DNA from: Hemiscyllium ocellatum
Taxonomy: Eukaryota
Direction of reading: 5' to 3'
DNA length: 64,000 nucleotides
NCBI RefSeq assembly: GCF_020745735.1
Contig: NC_083433.1
Location: forward strand, 17,061,363 to 17,125,362
Below the pieces are notes generated by a model. That model saw nothing but the letters and a program-made list of their open reading frames with translations, was not told the DNA's origin and did not search any database. Position numbers and translations under genes: made by a program. Positions 35,969 to 48,526 of this stretch are shown piece after piece (the first letter of the stretch is position 1; the number at the start of each line of letters is the position of its first letter).

Positions 35969-37906
35969 GGAAAAAGTGAGGACTGCAGACGCTGGAGATC
36001 AGAGATGAAAATGTGTTGCTGGAAAAGCGCAGCAGGTCAGGCAGCATCCAAGGAGCAGGAGAATCACAACCTCGATACGGGGTTGTGGGACTATCCTGCG
36101 CCGCCCGTTTCTACCTGCCTGCCCCGGCCGACCCATTGTCTCAGCCTGCTCCTGCCCCACCGAACTCATCTCTGCATACCTCGACACGGTCCTGTCCCCC
36201 CTTAGTCCAAGAACTCCCCACCACCTACGCCCTCTACCTCCTACATGATTTTCGCTTCCCCGGTCCCCAACGCCTTATCTTCACCATGGACATCCAGTCC
36301 CTGTACACCTCCATCCCCCATCATGAAGGATTCAAAGCCCTCCGCTTCTTCCTTTCCCACCGTACCACCCAGTACCCTTCCACTGACACCCTCTTTCGAC
36401 TGACTGAACTGGTCCTCACCCCGAACAACGTCTCTTTCCAATCCTCCCACTTCCTCCAAACCAAAGAAGTAGCCATGGGCACCCGCAAGGGCCCCAGCTA
36501 TGCCTGCCTCTTCGTAGGATATGTGGAACAGTCCATCTTCCGCAGCTACACTGGCACCACCCCCCACCTTTTCCTCCGCTACATCGATAACTGTATCGGC
36601 GCTGCCTCGTGCTCCCACAGGAGGTTGAACAGTTCATCCACTTTACCAACACCTTCCACCCCGACCTCAAATTTACCTGGACCATCTCAGACTCCACCCT
36701 CCCCTTCCTAGACCTCTCCATTTCTATCTTGGACGACCGAATCAACACGGACATTTACTATAAACCGACCAACTCCCACAGCTACCTAGACTACAACCTC
36801 CTCCCACCCTGCCCCCTGTAAAAACGCCATCCCATATTCACAATTCCTTCGTGTCCGCCACATCTGCTCCCAGGAGGACCAGTTCCAATACCAAACAACC
36901 CAGATGGCCTCCTTCTTCAAAAACTGTAATTTTCCCCCAGACGTGATCGACGATGCTCTCCACCGCATCTCCTCCACTTCCTGCTCCTCCGGCCTTGAGC
37001 CCCACCCCTCCAATCGCCACCAGGACAGAACCCCACTGGTCCTCACCTACCACCCCACCAACCTCCATATACATCGTATCATCCGTCGTCATTTCTGCCA
37101 CCTCCAAACGGACCCCACTACCAGAGCTATATTTCCCTTCCCTTCCCTATCAGCATTCCAAAAAGACCACTCCCTCCATGACTCCCTTATCAGATCCACA
37201 CCCCCCCAATCTCCACTCCCCGGCACCTTCCCCTGCAACGGCAAGAAATGTAAAACCTGCGCCCACACCTCCCCCCTTACTTCCCTCCAAGGCCCCAAGG
37301 GATCCTTCCATATCCGCCACAACTTCACCGGCACCTCCATACACATCATTTACTGCATCCACTGCACCCTCTATATTGGGGAGACAGGCCGCCTACTTGC
37401 GGAGCGTTTCAGAGAACACCTCTGGGACACCCGGACCAACCAACCCAACCACCCCGTGGCTCAACACTTCAACTCCCCCTTCCACTCCACCAAGGACATG
37501 CAGGTCCTTGGACTCCTCCATCGCCAGACCATAGCAACACGACGGCTGGAGGAAGACCGCCTCATCTTCCGCCGAGTAACCCCACAAGGGATGAACTCAG
37601 ATTTCTCCAGTTTCCTCATTTCCCCTCTCCCCACTTTGTCTCAGTCCCAACCCTCAAACTCAGCACCACCTTCCTGACCTCTGCGTCCCCAACCCCACTC
37701 CGGCCTATCATCCTTACCTTAACCTCGTTCCACCTATCGCACTTCCAACGCCCCCTCCCCCAAGTCCCTCCTCCCTACCTTTCATCTTATCCTGCTTGGC
37801 ACACTCCCCTCATTCCTGAAGAAGGGCTCATGCCCGAAACGTCGATTCTCCTGCTCCTTGGATGCTGCCTGACCTGCTGCGCTTTTCCAGCAACACATTT
37901 TCAGCT
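35969..37906 (+). mobile_element. Penelope-like retroelement (5'-truncated, frameshifted RT plus GIY-YIG endonuclease) in the intron of copy B
   Basis: TMDIQSLYTSI, AMGTRKGPSYA, LRYIDN, TDIYYKPT, YCIHC..YIGETGR..ERFREH. A partial inverted pseudo-LTR sits at the 5' end; 16-bp TSD CTAGTAT(G/T)TATTGCCA; empty site at ~10198-10213. Confidence 0.92.
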
Positions 37907-40476
37907 CTAGTATTTATTGCCAATCAGGATTAGCTGTGTGCGGGGAGATTGAGACAGTGAAGAGGTGGATATTTCCCTGAACTGATGCATTCTGTAATAT
38001 GTTGCATTTATTGTAATTTTAAACTGCTTTTCGGGTTTGCCAAGTTAGCTGTGACTTTCATTGCACTGTTACAGTAAGTTAGGGTAGTGATAGATTTACG
38101 CCGTGTATTTCACAGTCAAAGTTACCCAACTTGTTCACTTCACTTTTGAAAGGCAGACAGTAAATTTAGTCTGGTTACACTGAGGCCCTACTATGACACG
38201 GTTGACCAAGACCACGTTTCATTGTCAAGTTTATTACAAAAGTGCCAGTGCTGAATTACAGAAAAACTGATTTAAACAGGCCAAATTACCTGATTCAAAC
38301 AATCAGATTTCATATCAATTCAATACACATATAGACCGGGTGGTTAAGAAGGTGTTTAGCATACTTGCCTTCATTGCTCAGACCTTTGAGGATATGAGTT
38401 GGGATTTTGTGTTGAGGTTGTACAAAGTATTGGTGAGGCCACCTCTGGAAGATGATGTCCAGTTCCGGTCTCGCTGTTATAGGAAGATATTATTAAGCTA
38501 GGGAGGCTTCAGAAGAGATTTACCAGGATATTGCCAGGAATGGAGGGTTTGAGTTGTAAAACTAGGCTGGGACATTTTTCACTGGAGCATCGGAGGGTGA
38601 GGGTGTTATAGTGGTTTATAAAATTATGAGTGGTATAGATAAGGTGAATGGCAGGTGTCTTTTCCGTAGGGTGGAGGATGACAAGACTATGGGTCATATT
38701 TATAAGGTGAGAGGAGAAAGGTTTAAAAAAGACATGAGGGTCAACTTTTTCACAGAGTGGTTGGTGTGTGGAATGAACCTCCAGACGAAGTGATGGATGT
38801 GGGTACAGTTACTTTTAAAAGACATTTAGATAAGAACATGAATAGGAAAGGTTTGGAGGGGTATGGGCCAGGAGCAGGCAGATGGGACGAGTTTAGTTTG
38901 GGATGATGGTCAGCATAGACTAGTTGTGCTGAAGGGTCTGTTTTGTCCAAGAATACCGATGATGTTTGTCCATCTCTGTGATGCAAACGTTTAATGGGCA
39001 GCATTGTGGCTCAGTGGTTAGCACTGCTGCCTCACAGTGCCAGGGAATGGACTCGATCCCACCCTCAGGTGACTGTGTTTGTGGAGTTTGCACATTATCT
39101 CTATGTCTGCATTGGTTTCCTCCGGGTTCTCCAGTTTCCTCCCATACTCCAAAGGTGTGCAGGTCAGGTGAATTGGCCCATGCTAAATTGCCCATGGTGT
39201 CCAAGGATGTCTAGGTTAGGTGGATTAGTCAGGGGAAATGTAGAGTAATAGGGGCATAAGTCTAGGTGAGTTACTCATCAGAGGGTCAGTGTGGACTTGT
39301 TGGGCACATTCACCTGTTTCCACACTGTAGGGATGCTATGAAATAGAGAGTGTAAGCAGGAAAGTTATTTGAATGCTGATAAACCTCTAATGTTTAAACA
39401 TCCATTGTTGATACAGGCTAGCAAACAGTGTTGCAAATGTTTGACTGTATGTTCAGGTTAATAGATTATGTGGTATTAACTTGCTTGTTTGTTTTATGGG
39501 AATATCATTACTCATCAACTCACTTCAAATTTTAAACAGTGATATTAAAAGACTCCACTGAAGTCTGATTTAAGAGATCTGAAGGTACAGATTCCGAATT
39601 GTCCTGTAACACATTAATCTAGCAGTGGAGGCCCACATCACATATAATGACCATGTTCAGTAATACAGCAACGAATAATTTGTCTTACATTCCTTTTCTA
39701 AGCAACCAGGGTACTGCCACTCTGGAAGCTCATTATTATGGCTGGGTTTTCAAACCAAGTATCTCAGAAATCTACAGCAGTCAGGATAATCTATTCCTGA
39801 TGTATGTATAATCCCCCACCCTCACCAGGCAGGTTACTCATAGATTAGCAAAAGCAAATGTTAGGGAAGATTCCAAGTGCATTGAAATCTGAAAATTAGG
39901 TCCTCCACTGCTGATTCCAAAGAAATCCAGACTTGCATTTGTTTCGTATCTTTCACAAGCACAGGCAATCTTTTCAGCCAGAAAAGTTCTTTTGAAAAAT
40001 GATCTGCATTGGAAAGTGGCAGATTCAGCAGCGCAGATTCAATTTCCTCTAAACACAACATGAGAACGACCACATAATCTTTTTGACTCAAGATAATCTT
40101 GAGTGAAGGATAAATGCCGACTAAGACATGTGGATCAGCTCCTCCATCTTTCTTCCAGTAGAGTTAAGGGTGATCAGCCAAGTTCAAAGAATAAAACCCA
40201 TTTTTACCCAAAGCGGAAAACACCTCATATTCCAACGTTAAAAACATTAGGAGAACAGATTGGATAAAGTAAGAGGTTTTGGTTTCAGAAACCTGTTAAC
40301 TTCTTGCAGGACATCTGAGGAGAAATTGGACACAAGTTCTGAGAACAATCGTGGTATATTTGCCAGTATGCTAGTGAGATTTGTGCAGCATTTGACCATT
40401 GCGACAGATGTGATTTCCTTGAACTGGATTGGGTTTCCTTCGATTCACACTTTTTAAATTTGTCTTATTTCTCAAG

Positions 40477-40778
40477 ATATTGAACCTGGGCACATCCCCG
40501 ACAGTATCAATATCCCCTTTAATACCTTCATGGATCCAGAGACTCTCAGGATGAAGAGTGAAAAGGAGCTGCAGTGCCTGTTTGAGGATCACAATGTCGA
40601 CCTGAAGAAACCACTGGTAGGGACGTGTAGTATCGGGATCACTGCCTGCTTTGTTGCCCTTGGTACCCACATCTGTGGGAAAGAAAACGTGATGATCTAC
40701 GATGGTTCCTGGCAAGAGTGGTTCACCCGGGCCGACCCCAGTCACATTATCTTGGCGAAAAAGGAGAAAGTCAAATAG
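40477..40778 (+). CDS. MPST: 3-mercaptopyruvate sulfurtransferase-like, copy B, coding exon 2
   Basis: DIEPGHIPDSINIPFNTF...TCSIGITAC...YDGSWQEW; in-frame join gives 293 aa. Confidence 0.93.
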
Positions 40779-42843
40779 GCAGCACTGAAAGCAATGTTTT
40801 AGATTGTGCTGTTCCCGTACCAAAATTAGTAGATAATTTGAGAGTCATTCTTTAGTTTTATTTGACTGACCAACGAATCTATTTTTTATTGTGTTGGAGG
40901 TAAGAGGAGAAGGTCAAGTCAAAGCAAGTATTTACTGGCATTCCCCACTATCCAAAAGCAGAGCATTTCTATGAAACGTGTAAAGCAAAGAAGCATCAAC
41001 TCATATGGGGAAAAATTTCACCTTTGTTCATAAAAGTGAAAATCCTCTTTGGATTTACGAAAACGTGTACTAATGTAGGTCTTTCGTAAAAATGAAGTGG
41101 CTTGAAGCGAACTTGCGAAAGACAGGGGATAGCTGTACTTGAAAGGTTTGATCTATTCCCTGGTAGAAGGGTCCTGTGAATAATTAGCAAGTGTTCTTCT
41201 GGGTATTGATGGCAACAACAGGTGGCCCTCTTTTGTCTTGTTGTTTCAGTCATAGTTTTGTATTTGTCAAATGATGATTTGCCCGGAGACTCGACCTTTT
41301 TCACAAGATGCAGCAGGATGGCAGGCAAAAAGAAGCCAAGGACAGTTTGTTGAGAACCGCTCTAAATGTATAGTCAGTGATAGAAAAGTGATGAGAGACG
41401 TGTGACTTGTGAAGGGAAATGAAGCCATTTCTGGGGAACATTTAGCACCTTCCAGAATCATTCACTGTTTTGTTTCTTGCCGTATTTGTTTGGGGCACGA
41501 CGTTGTCATTTCCTGAAGGTGCTACATGTGCTGAGGCTGAGTGTCCACTGCGTTTCAAAATGCTTCTCTCAGTGATTTACTCCTTGAATGCAGTGACTGC
41601 TCTGTGTAGCCAAGATTTTAAAGTGAGACCAGATGGCCTTTGATGAGTATAGGATGTCAGAGTTGAATTAAGTCTGGCATTTCTTCCCTTTCTAAGTGAA
41701 ATGCTTTGTTATTGAGTCGATGTTCCTCTTCTTATTAACATCATTAACTATAAACTCACAGCCTTTACAACATCACTTGTGGATCAAGAGTTAGTTTACT
41801 TATGCTGCTCCCAAAAGTGTGAGAGAAATAAAGGCTACATTCCTATTCTGTTCTTTACCTAAGCCACACAACGGAAAACAGAAAACATTTCCCCTCAGCA
41901 TGGAAGAAATATGTAGAGGAGAATAAGACTTGGCTGAACTATGCATCCTGTCTGGACTTGCTTTGTAGAAATTGAGAATGTCTTCAGGGCAAGTATGTAT
42001 CTTACCTCCAGTTCTGACTTGTTAACATGGGAATGCTCCATTGTTAATGACAGTAAAGTTAGTCTGGATTGCAGAATAAATAGCAGTGAACAATTCCTGG
42101 CATTGCAATGAAACTTGTTTCTTGAAATAACATTCTGAACATTTTCTAGCAACATGTTCAGCCTTGTTATTAATCTTTATATGCTTAATACATATCGAAT
42201 GCGCCTCTGTCCTTCTCAGTTTACACACAGGCCAAGTATGTTGTAATGTAGATTTAAAAGAGACATTGGAAAAGGAGATGGAACATTGTACAAAAAAAAA
42301 GCCTTCCCTGTACAGTGCGATTAAAAGAAATAATGGTACAGGAGTTGGCCAGTCAATACCAAAGTAATCTATTTTGTTGCAGTAAAAAGTTTCCCTTGGG
42401 CTACTTGAAATGTTTAATTAAAATATTCAGAGTTTCAAAGGATTTGTGTGAGACAAATGTGTCCAGATCAGTTTTGAGAGAGGCTTAATTCAGAGAATAG
42501 TCAAAGAGGGTATATGGGGATTAGTATTACTGCATAAATTTGATGAATTGGAGTTTGCACATTGTTTAATGTACTTGAAAATATAGAGGTAGGTTTGATA
42601 CAATGAGAAGTCAAGCAATCTGAAGTATTCAATCAGTCTGTAACAGATAAGCAATTGCAGAGCAACTTGGCTGTGGGCTTAAGTCCCACTCCAATGACAT
42701 CCAACACAAAATCTAGACTGATTCTCCAATGCAGCATCCAAGGAATACTGCACTGCCAGACATACTCAGTTTCTCATAAGACATTAAACCAAGGCCCTGA
42801 CTATGCTCTTAGCTCAAACTGAGAGGCAAATAAACAATGTTAC

Positions 42844-42983
42844 GATTTGGAGATACCGGTGTTGGACTGGGGTGTACAAAGTTAAAAATCACACAACACC
42901 AGGTTATAGTCCAACAGGTTTATTTGGAAGCTAGTGTGCTTCCAATTAAACCTGTTGGACTATAACCTGGTGTTGTGTGATTT
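42844..42983. mobile_element. Short inverted-repeat insertion, second Penelope-like family
   Basis: AAAATCACACAACACCAGGTTATAGTCCAACAGG followed by its reverse complement; 13-bp TSD TAAACAATGTTAC; empty site at ~15075. Confidence 0.7.
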
Positions 42984-43712
42984 TAAACAATGTTACAGCT
43001 TCAGGCCACTGAAAGGCTTGTTAACACTTGTTGTACATTAACTGTTATTTGTGTCCCTGACCCAAGGAATGCCAATTGTAATCATTTTAATAAAATTAAT
43101 TCAGTTAAGTAGTTTGATTTGACTCCTTTTTGCATCAAAGATCAGAAATATGAGAAATGGGTTAGACTTTACTGCAGTTCATTTGGTCCAAATGTTATCC
43201 TTGTTCTCACAGAATCTGTAAGTGTGGAAACACGCCATTCATCCCAACAGGGCCACACCAACCCTCCGAAGAGCATCCCACCCAGACCCATCTCCTTATC
43301 CTTTCCCTGTAACCCTACGTTTCCCATGGTTAAAGCACCTAACCTATACATCCCTGAATACTATGGGGCAATTTAGCATGGCCAATCCACCTAACCTGCA
43401 CATCCTTGGACTGTGGGAGGAAATCTCATTGTATCTCATCTACTCTATATTTTTTAAGTACATTAAAAAATTCAACTAGCAGACACAAGAAGAATATGCA
43501 AACTCCACATAGAAAGTTGCCCAAGGGTGGAAGTGAACCCAGGTTCCTGGGGTTGTGAGGCACTGGGGTGAACATCTCAGCCACCATTTCATCTCTCAGA
43601 ACCCAAAGCTTCAAAAGTGCCCCTTCTGAGAGACAGGATTTACAGGCATTTGGAGAGGCAAGTACTCATTTGGGATAGTCAGCATAGTGCAGGATTTCCA
43701 TCTCGCAAATTT

Positions 43713-46394
43713 AAAGTCATAGAGATGTACAGCATGGAAACACTCCCTTCGATCCAACCCGTCTATGCCGACCAGATATCCCAAGCCAATCTAGTCCCAC
43801 CTGCCACTACCTGGCCCATATCCTCCAAACCTTTCCTATTCATATACCCATCCAAATGCCTCTTAAATGTTGCAATTGTACAGCCTCCACCACATCCTCT
43901 GGCAGCTCATTCCGTACACGTACCACCCTCTGTGTGAAAAAGTTGCCCCTTAGGTCTCTTTTATATCTTTCCCCTCTCACCCTAAACCTATGCCCTCTAG
44001 TTCTGGACTCCCTGACCCCAGGGAAAAGACTTTGTCTATTTATCATATCCATGCCCCTGATAATTTTGTAAACCTCTATAAGGTCAGCCATCAGCCTCCG
44101 ACGCTCCAGGGAAAACAGCCCCAGCCTGTTCAGCCTCTCCCTGTAGCTCAGATCCTCCAACGCTGGCAACACCCTTGTAAATCTTTTCTGAACCCTTTCA
44201 AGTTTCACAACATCTTACCGATAGGAAGGAGACCAGAATTGCTCGCAACCTTCCAACAGTGGCCTAACCAATGTCCTGTACAGCTGCAACATGACCTCCC
44301 AACTCCTGTACTCAATACTCTGACCAATAAAGGAAAGCATACCAAACGTCTTCTTCACTATCCCATCTACCTGCCACTCCACTTTCAAGGAGCTATGAAC
44401 CTGCACTCCAAGGTCTCTTTGTTCAGCAACACTCCCTAGGACCTTACCATTAAGTGTATAAGTCCTGCTAAGATTTGCTTTCCCAAAATGCAGCACCTTG
44501 CATTTATCTGAATTAAACTCCATCTGCCACTTCTCCACCCATTGGTCCAGATCCTGTTGTAATCTGAGGTAACCCTCTTCGCTGTCCACTACACCTCCAA
44601 TTTTGCTGTCATCTGCAAACTTACTAACTGCACCTCTTATGCTCGCATCCAAATCATTTATGTAAATGATAAAAAGTAGAGGGCCCTGCACCGATCTTTG
44701 TGGCACTCCACTGGTCACAGGCCTCCAGTCTGAAAAACAACCTTCCACCACCACCCTCTGTCTTCTACCTTTGAGCCAGTTCTGTATCCAAATGGCTAGT
44801 TAACATAGAACATTACAGTGCAGTACAGACCCTTCGGCCCTCAATGTTGCGCCGCCCTGTCATACTAATCTGAAGCCTATCCCACCTATACTATTCCATG
44901 TACATCCATATGCCTGTCCAATGACGACTTAAATGCACTTAAAGTTGGTGAATCTACTACCATTGCAGGCAAAGTATTCCATTCCCTTATTACTCTTAGT
45001 TAAGTAACTACCTCTGACATCTGTCTTATACCTATCTCCCCTCACTTTAAAGTTGTGTCCCGTCGTGTTTGGCGTTCCCATACTTGGAAAAAGGCTCTCC
45101 TGTCCACCCTATCTAACCCTCTGATTATCTTGTATGTCTCTATTAAGTCACCTCTCAACCTTCTTCTCTCTAACGAGAACAGCCTCAAGGCCCTCAGCCT
45201 TTCCTCGTAAGACATTCCTTCCATACCAGGCAACATCCTAGTAAATCTCCTCTGCACCCTTTCCAAAGCTTCCACATCCTTCTCATAATGCGGTGACCAG
45301 AACTGTACACAATACTCCAAGTGTGGCCAGAGCTTTGTACAGCTGCAGCATAACCTCCTGGTTCCGAACTCAATCCCTGTATTAATAAAGGCCAAAACAC
45401 TGTATGCCTTCTTAACAACCCTGTCAATCTGGGTGGCAACTTTCAGGGATCTTTGTACATGGACACCGAGATCTCTCTGCTCATCTGCACTCCCAAGAAT
45501 CTTGCTATTAGCCCAGTACTTTGCATTCCAATTACTCCGTCTCAAGTGTATCACCTCACACTTGTCCACATTAAACTCCATTTGCCACCTCTCAGCCCAG
45601 CTCTGCATCCTATCCATGTCTCTCTGCAACCTACTACATCCTTTGTCACTATCCACAACTCCACCGACCTTAGTGTCGTCTGCACATTTACTAACCCACC
45701 CTTCTAAGCCCTCATCCAGATCATTTATAAAAATGACGAACAGCAGTGGACTCAACACCGACCCTTGCGGTACGCCGCTAGTAACTGGACACCAGATGAA
45801 CATGTTCCATCAACTACAACCCTCTGTTTTCTTTCAGTAAGCCAATTACTGATCCATACTGCTATGTCTCCCACAATCCCATTCCTCCGCATTTTGTATA
45901 ATAGCCTACTGTGGGGAACCTTATCGAACGCCTTGCTGAAATCCATATACTCTCATCTACCTGTTTGGTCACTTTGTCAAAAAAGTCAATAAGATTCGTT
46001 AGGCACGACCTACCCTACACAAAACAGTGCTGACTGTCCCTGATCAAATTATTATTTTCTAGATAGTTATAAATCCTATCTCTTTTCCAACACTCACTGG
46101 TCTGTAATTACCAGGGTTGTCTCTACTACCCTTTCTTGAACAAGGGAACCGCATTTGCTATCCTCCAGTCCTCAGGCACTATTCCTGTAGACAATGATGA
46201 TTTGGAGATCAATGCCAAAGGCTCGGCAATCTCTTCCCTTGCTTCCCAGAGGATCCTAGGATAGATCCCATCCTGCCTAGGGGAATTGTCTATTTTCACA
46301 CACTCTATTCTCCCTGAATTCCATGAGATCTAACCTTGCTAATCAGTATCCCATGGGGAACCTTGTCGAACGCCTTACTGAAGTCCACATGGAT
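43713..46394 (-). mobile_element. CR1 LINE (43713-44801 and ~46306-46394) with a second CR1 nested inside (~44802-46305)
   Basis: Two RT sets: SGVPQRSVQGPLLF..YINDL..KFADDSK and SGVPQGSVLSPLLF..FINDL..ADDTK. 7-bp TSD CAAATTT; absent in unit 1. Confidence 0.92.
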
Positions 46395-46551
46395 CAAATT
46401 TGATTGAGGTTTTTGAAGGGGTGATAAAGAAAGTTGATGAGAGCAGAGTGGCAGACATTGTCTAGCAAGGACTTTAACAAGGATCTGCGTGGTAGGTTAA
46501 ATCTCATGGGATCCAGGGAGACCTAGCCAACTAAGATGCAAAATTGGTTGA

Positions 46552-47634
46552 TCAGATGGCCTCCTTCTTCAAAGACCGCAATATCCCCCCCAGACGTGAT
46601 CGACGATGCCCTCCACCGCATCTCCTCCACTTCCTGCTCCTCCACCCTTGACCCCCGCCTCTCCAATCGACACTAGGACAGAACCCCATTGGTCCTCACC
46701 TACCACCCCACCAACCTCCATATACATCGTATCATCCTTCGTCATTTCCGCCACCTCCAAATGGACCCCACCAACAGAGATATATTTCCCTCCCCTCCCC
46801 TATCAGCGTTCTGAAAAGACCACTCCCTCCGTGACTCCCTCGTCAGGTCCACACCCCCACCAACACAACCTCCAATCCCCGTACCTTCCTCTGCAACCGC
46901 AAGAAATGCAAAACTTGCGCCCACACCTCCCCCCTTACTTCCCTCCAAGGCCCCAAGGGATCCTTACATATCCGCCCCAAATTCACCTGCACCTCCACAC
47001 ACATCATTTATTGCATCCGCTGCACCCGATGTGGCCTCCTCTATATTGTGGAGACAGGCCGCCTACTTGCGGAACGTTTCAGAGAACACCTCTGGGACAC
47101 CCGGACCAACCAACCCAACCAACCTGTGGCTCAACACTTCAACTCCCCCTCCCACTCCACCAAGGACATTCAGGTCCTTGGACTCCTCCATCGCCAGACC
47201 ATAGCAACACGACGGCTGGAGGAGGAGCACCTCATCTTCCACCTAGGAACCCTCCAACCACAAGGGATGAACTCAGATTTCTCCAGTTTCCTCATTTCCC
47301 CTCCCCCCACCTTGTCTCAGTCAAATCCCTCGAACTCAGCATCACTTTCCTAACCTGTAATCTTCTTCCTGACCTGTCCACCCCCACTCCCACTCCGGCC
47401 TATTACCCTCACCTTGACCTCCTTCCACCTATCGCATTTCGAACGCCCCTCCCCCAAGGTCCACCTCCCTACCTTTTATCTTAGCCTGCTGGACACACTT
47501 TCTTCATTCCCAAAGAAGGGCTCATGCCCGAAACGTCGATTCTTCTGCTCCTTGGATGCTGCCTGACCTGCTGTGCCTTTCCAGCAACACATTTTCAGCT
47601 CTGATCTCCAGCATCTGCAGTCCTCACTTTCTTC
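46552..47634 (+). mobile_element. Penelope-like element 3' part (GIY-YIG region and pseudo-LTR)
   Basis: Highly similar to 36900-37906; ETGRLLAERFREHLWD; absent in unit 1. Confidence 0.9.
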
Positions 47635-48526
47635 TTGACCATAGAAGACACAAGGTGGTGGCAGAGAGTTGTTTTTTTCAGACTGGACGTGTGTGGCCTG
47701 AAACCAGGATGAGAGTTTAGGAGGTATGGTTAGCAAGTTTGTGGAAGATGCCAAGATTGGTGGTATAGTGAACAGTGAAGAAAATTATCTGGCAATGCAG
47801 CAAGATCTTGATCAACAGGTCCAGTGGGCTGAGGAACGGCAGATGGAGTTTAACTTAGACAAATGCAAGGTATTGCATTTTGATGGACCAAACCAGGGCA
47901 AGACTTACATAGTCAATGGTAGGGCCCTGGGGAGCATTATAAATCAAAGAGATTGAGGGGTAGATGTTCATAGCTCCTTGAAAGTCAAGTCACAGATAGA
48001 CAGGATGGTAAAGGAGGTTTTCAGTATGCTTGCTTTCAAAGGTCAGGGCATTGAGTATAGGAGATGGGATGTCTTAGTTGCAGCTGCTCAAGATATTGGT
48101 GAGGCCACAGTTGGAGTACTGCATGTAATTCTGATAGCCCTACTATAGAAAGGAAATTATTAAACTAGAAAGAGAGCAGAAAAGATTTACCAGAATGCTA
48201 CCTGGACTGGTAGGTTTTGAGCTATGAGGAGAGGCTGGATAGGCTGAGACCTTTTTCCGGGAGCAGAGGAGACTGAGGGATGACTTGATAGAGGTCCATA
48301 AAATCATGAGAGGCAGAGGTGCAGCAAAGAACCAACAGCTTTTCCCCATGGTAGAGGAGGCTGAAACTAGAGGCCATAGAGGAGAAATACAAAAGGGTCG
48401 AGAGGGGCAATTTCCTCACATAGAGGGCAGTAACTGTCTGGAATGGACAGCCAGAGTTAATGGTGGAAGGGAGTGCAATTTTGTCATTTAAGAAGCATTT
48501 AGGTAGGTTCATGGATAGGATAGTTA
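47635..48526 (+). mobile_element. CR1-type LINE, decayed RT (duplicate of ~15950-16828)
   Basis: VSKFVEDAKIGG, QMEFNLDKCKVLHF. Confidence 0.88.

Noticed and set aside
45042-45803. 253-aa RT ORF as an active or domesticated gene
   Set aside because: A 5'-truncated, frameshifted CR1 fragment nested in another CR1.
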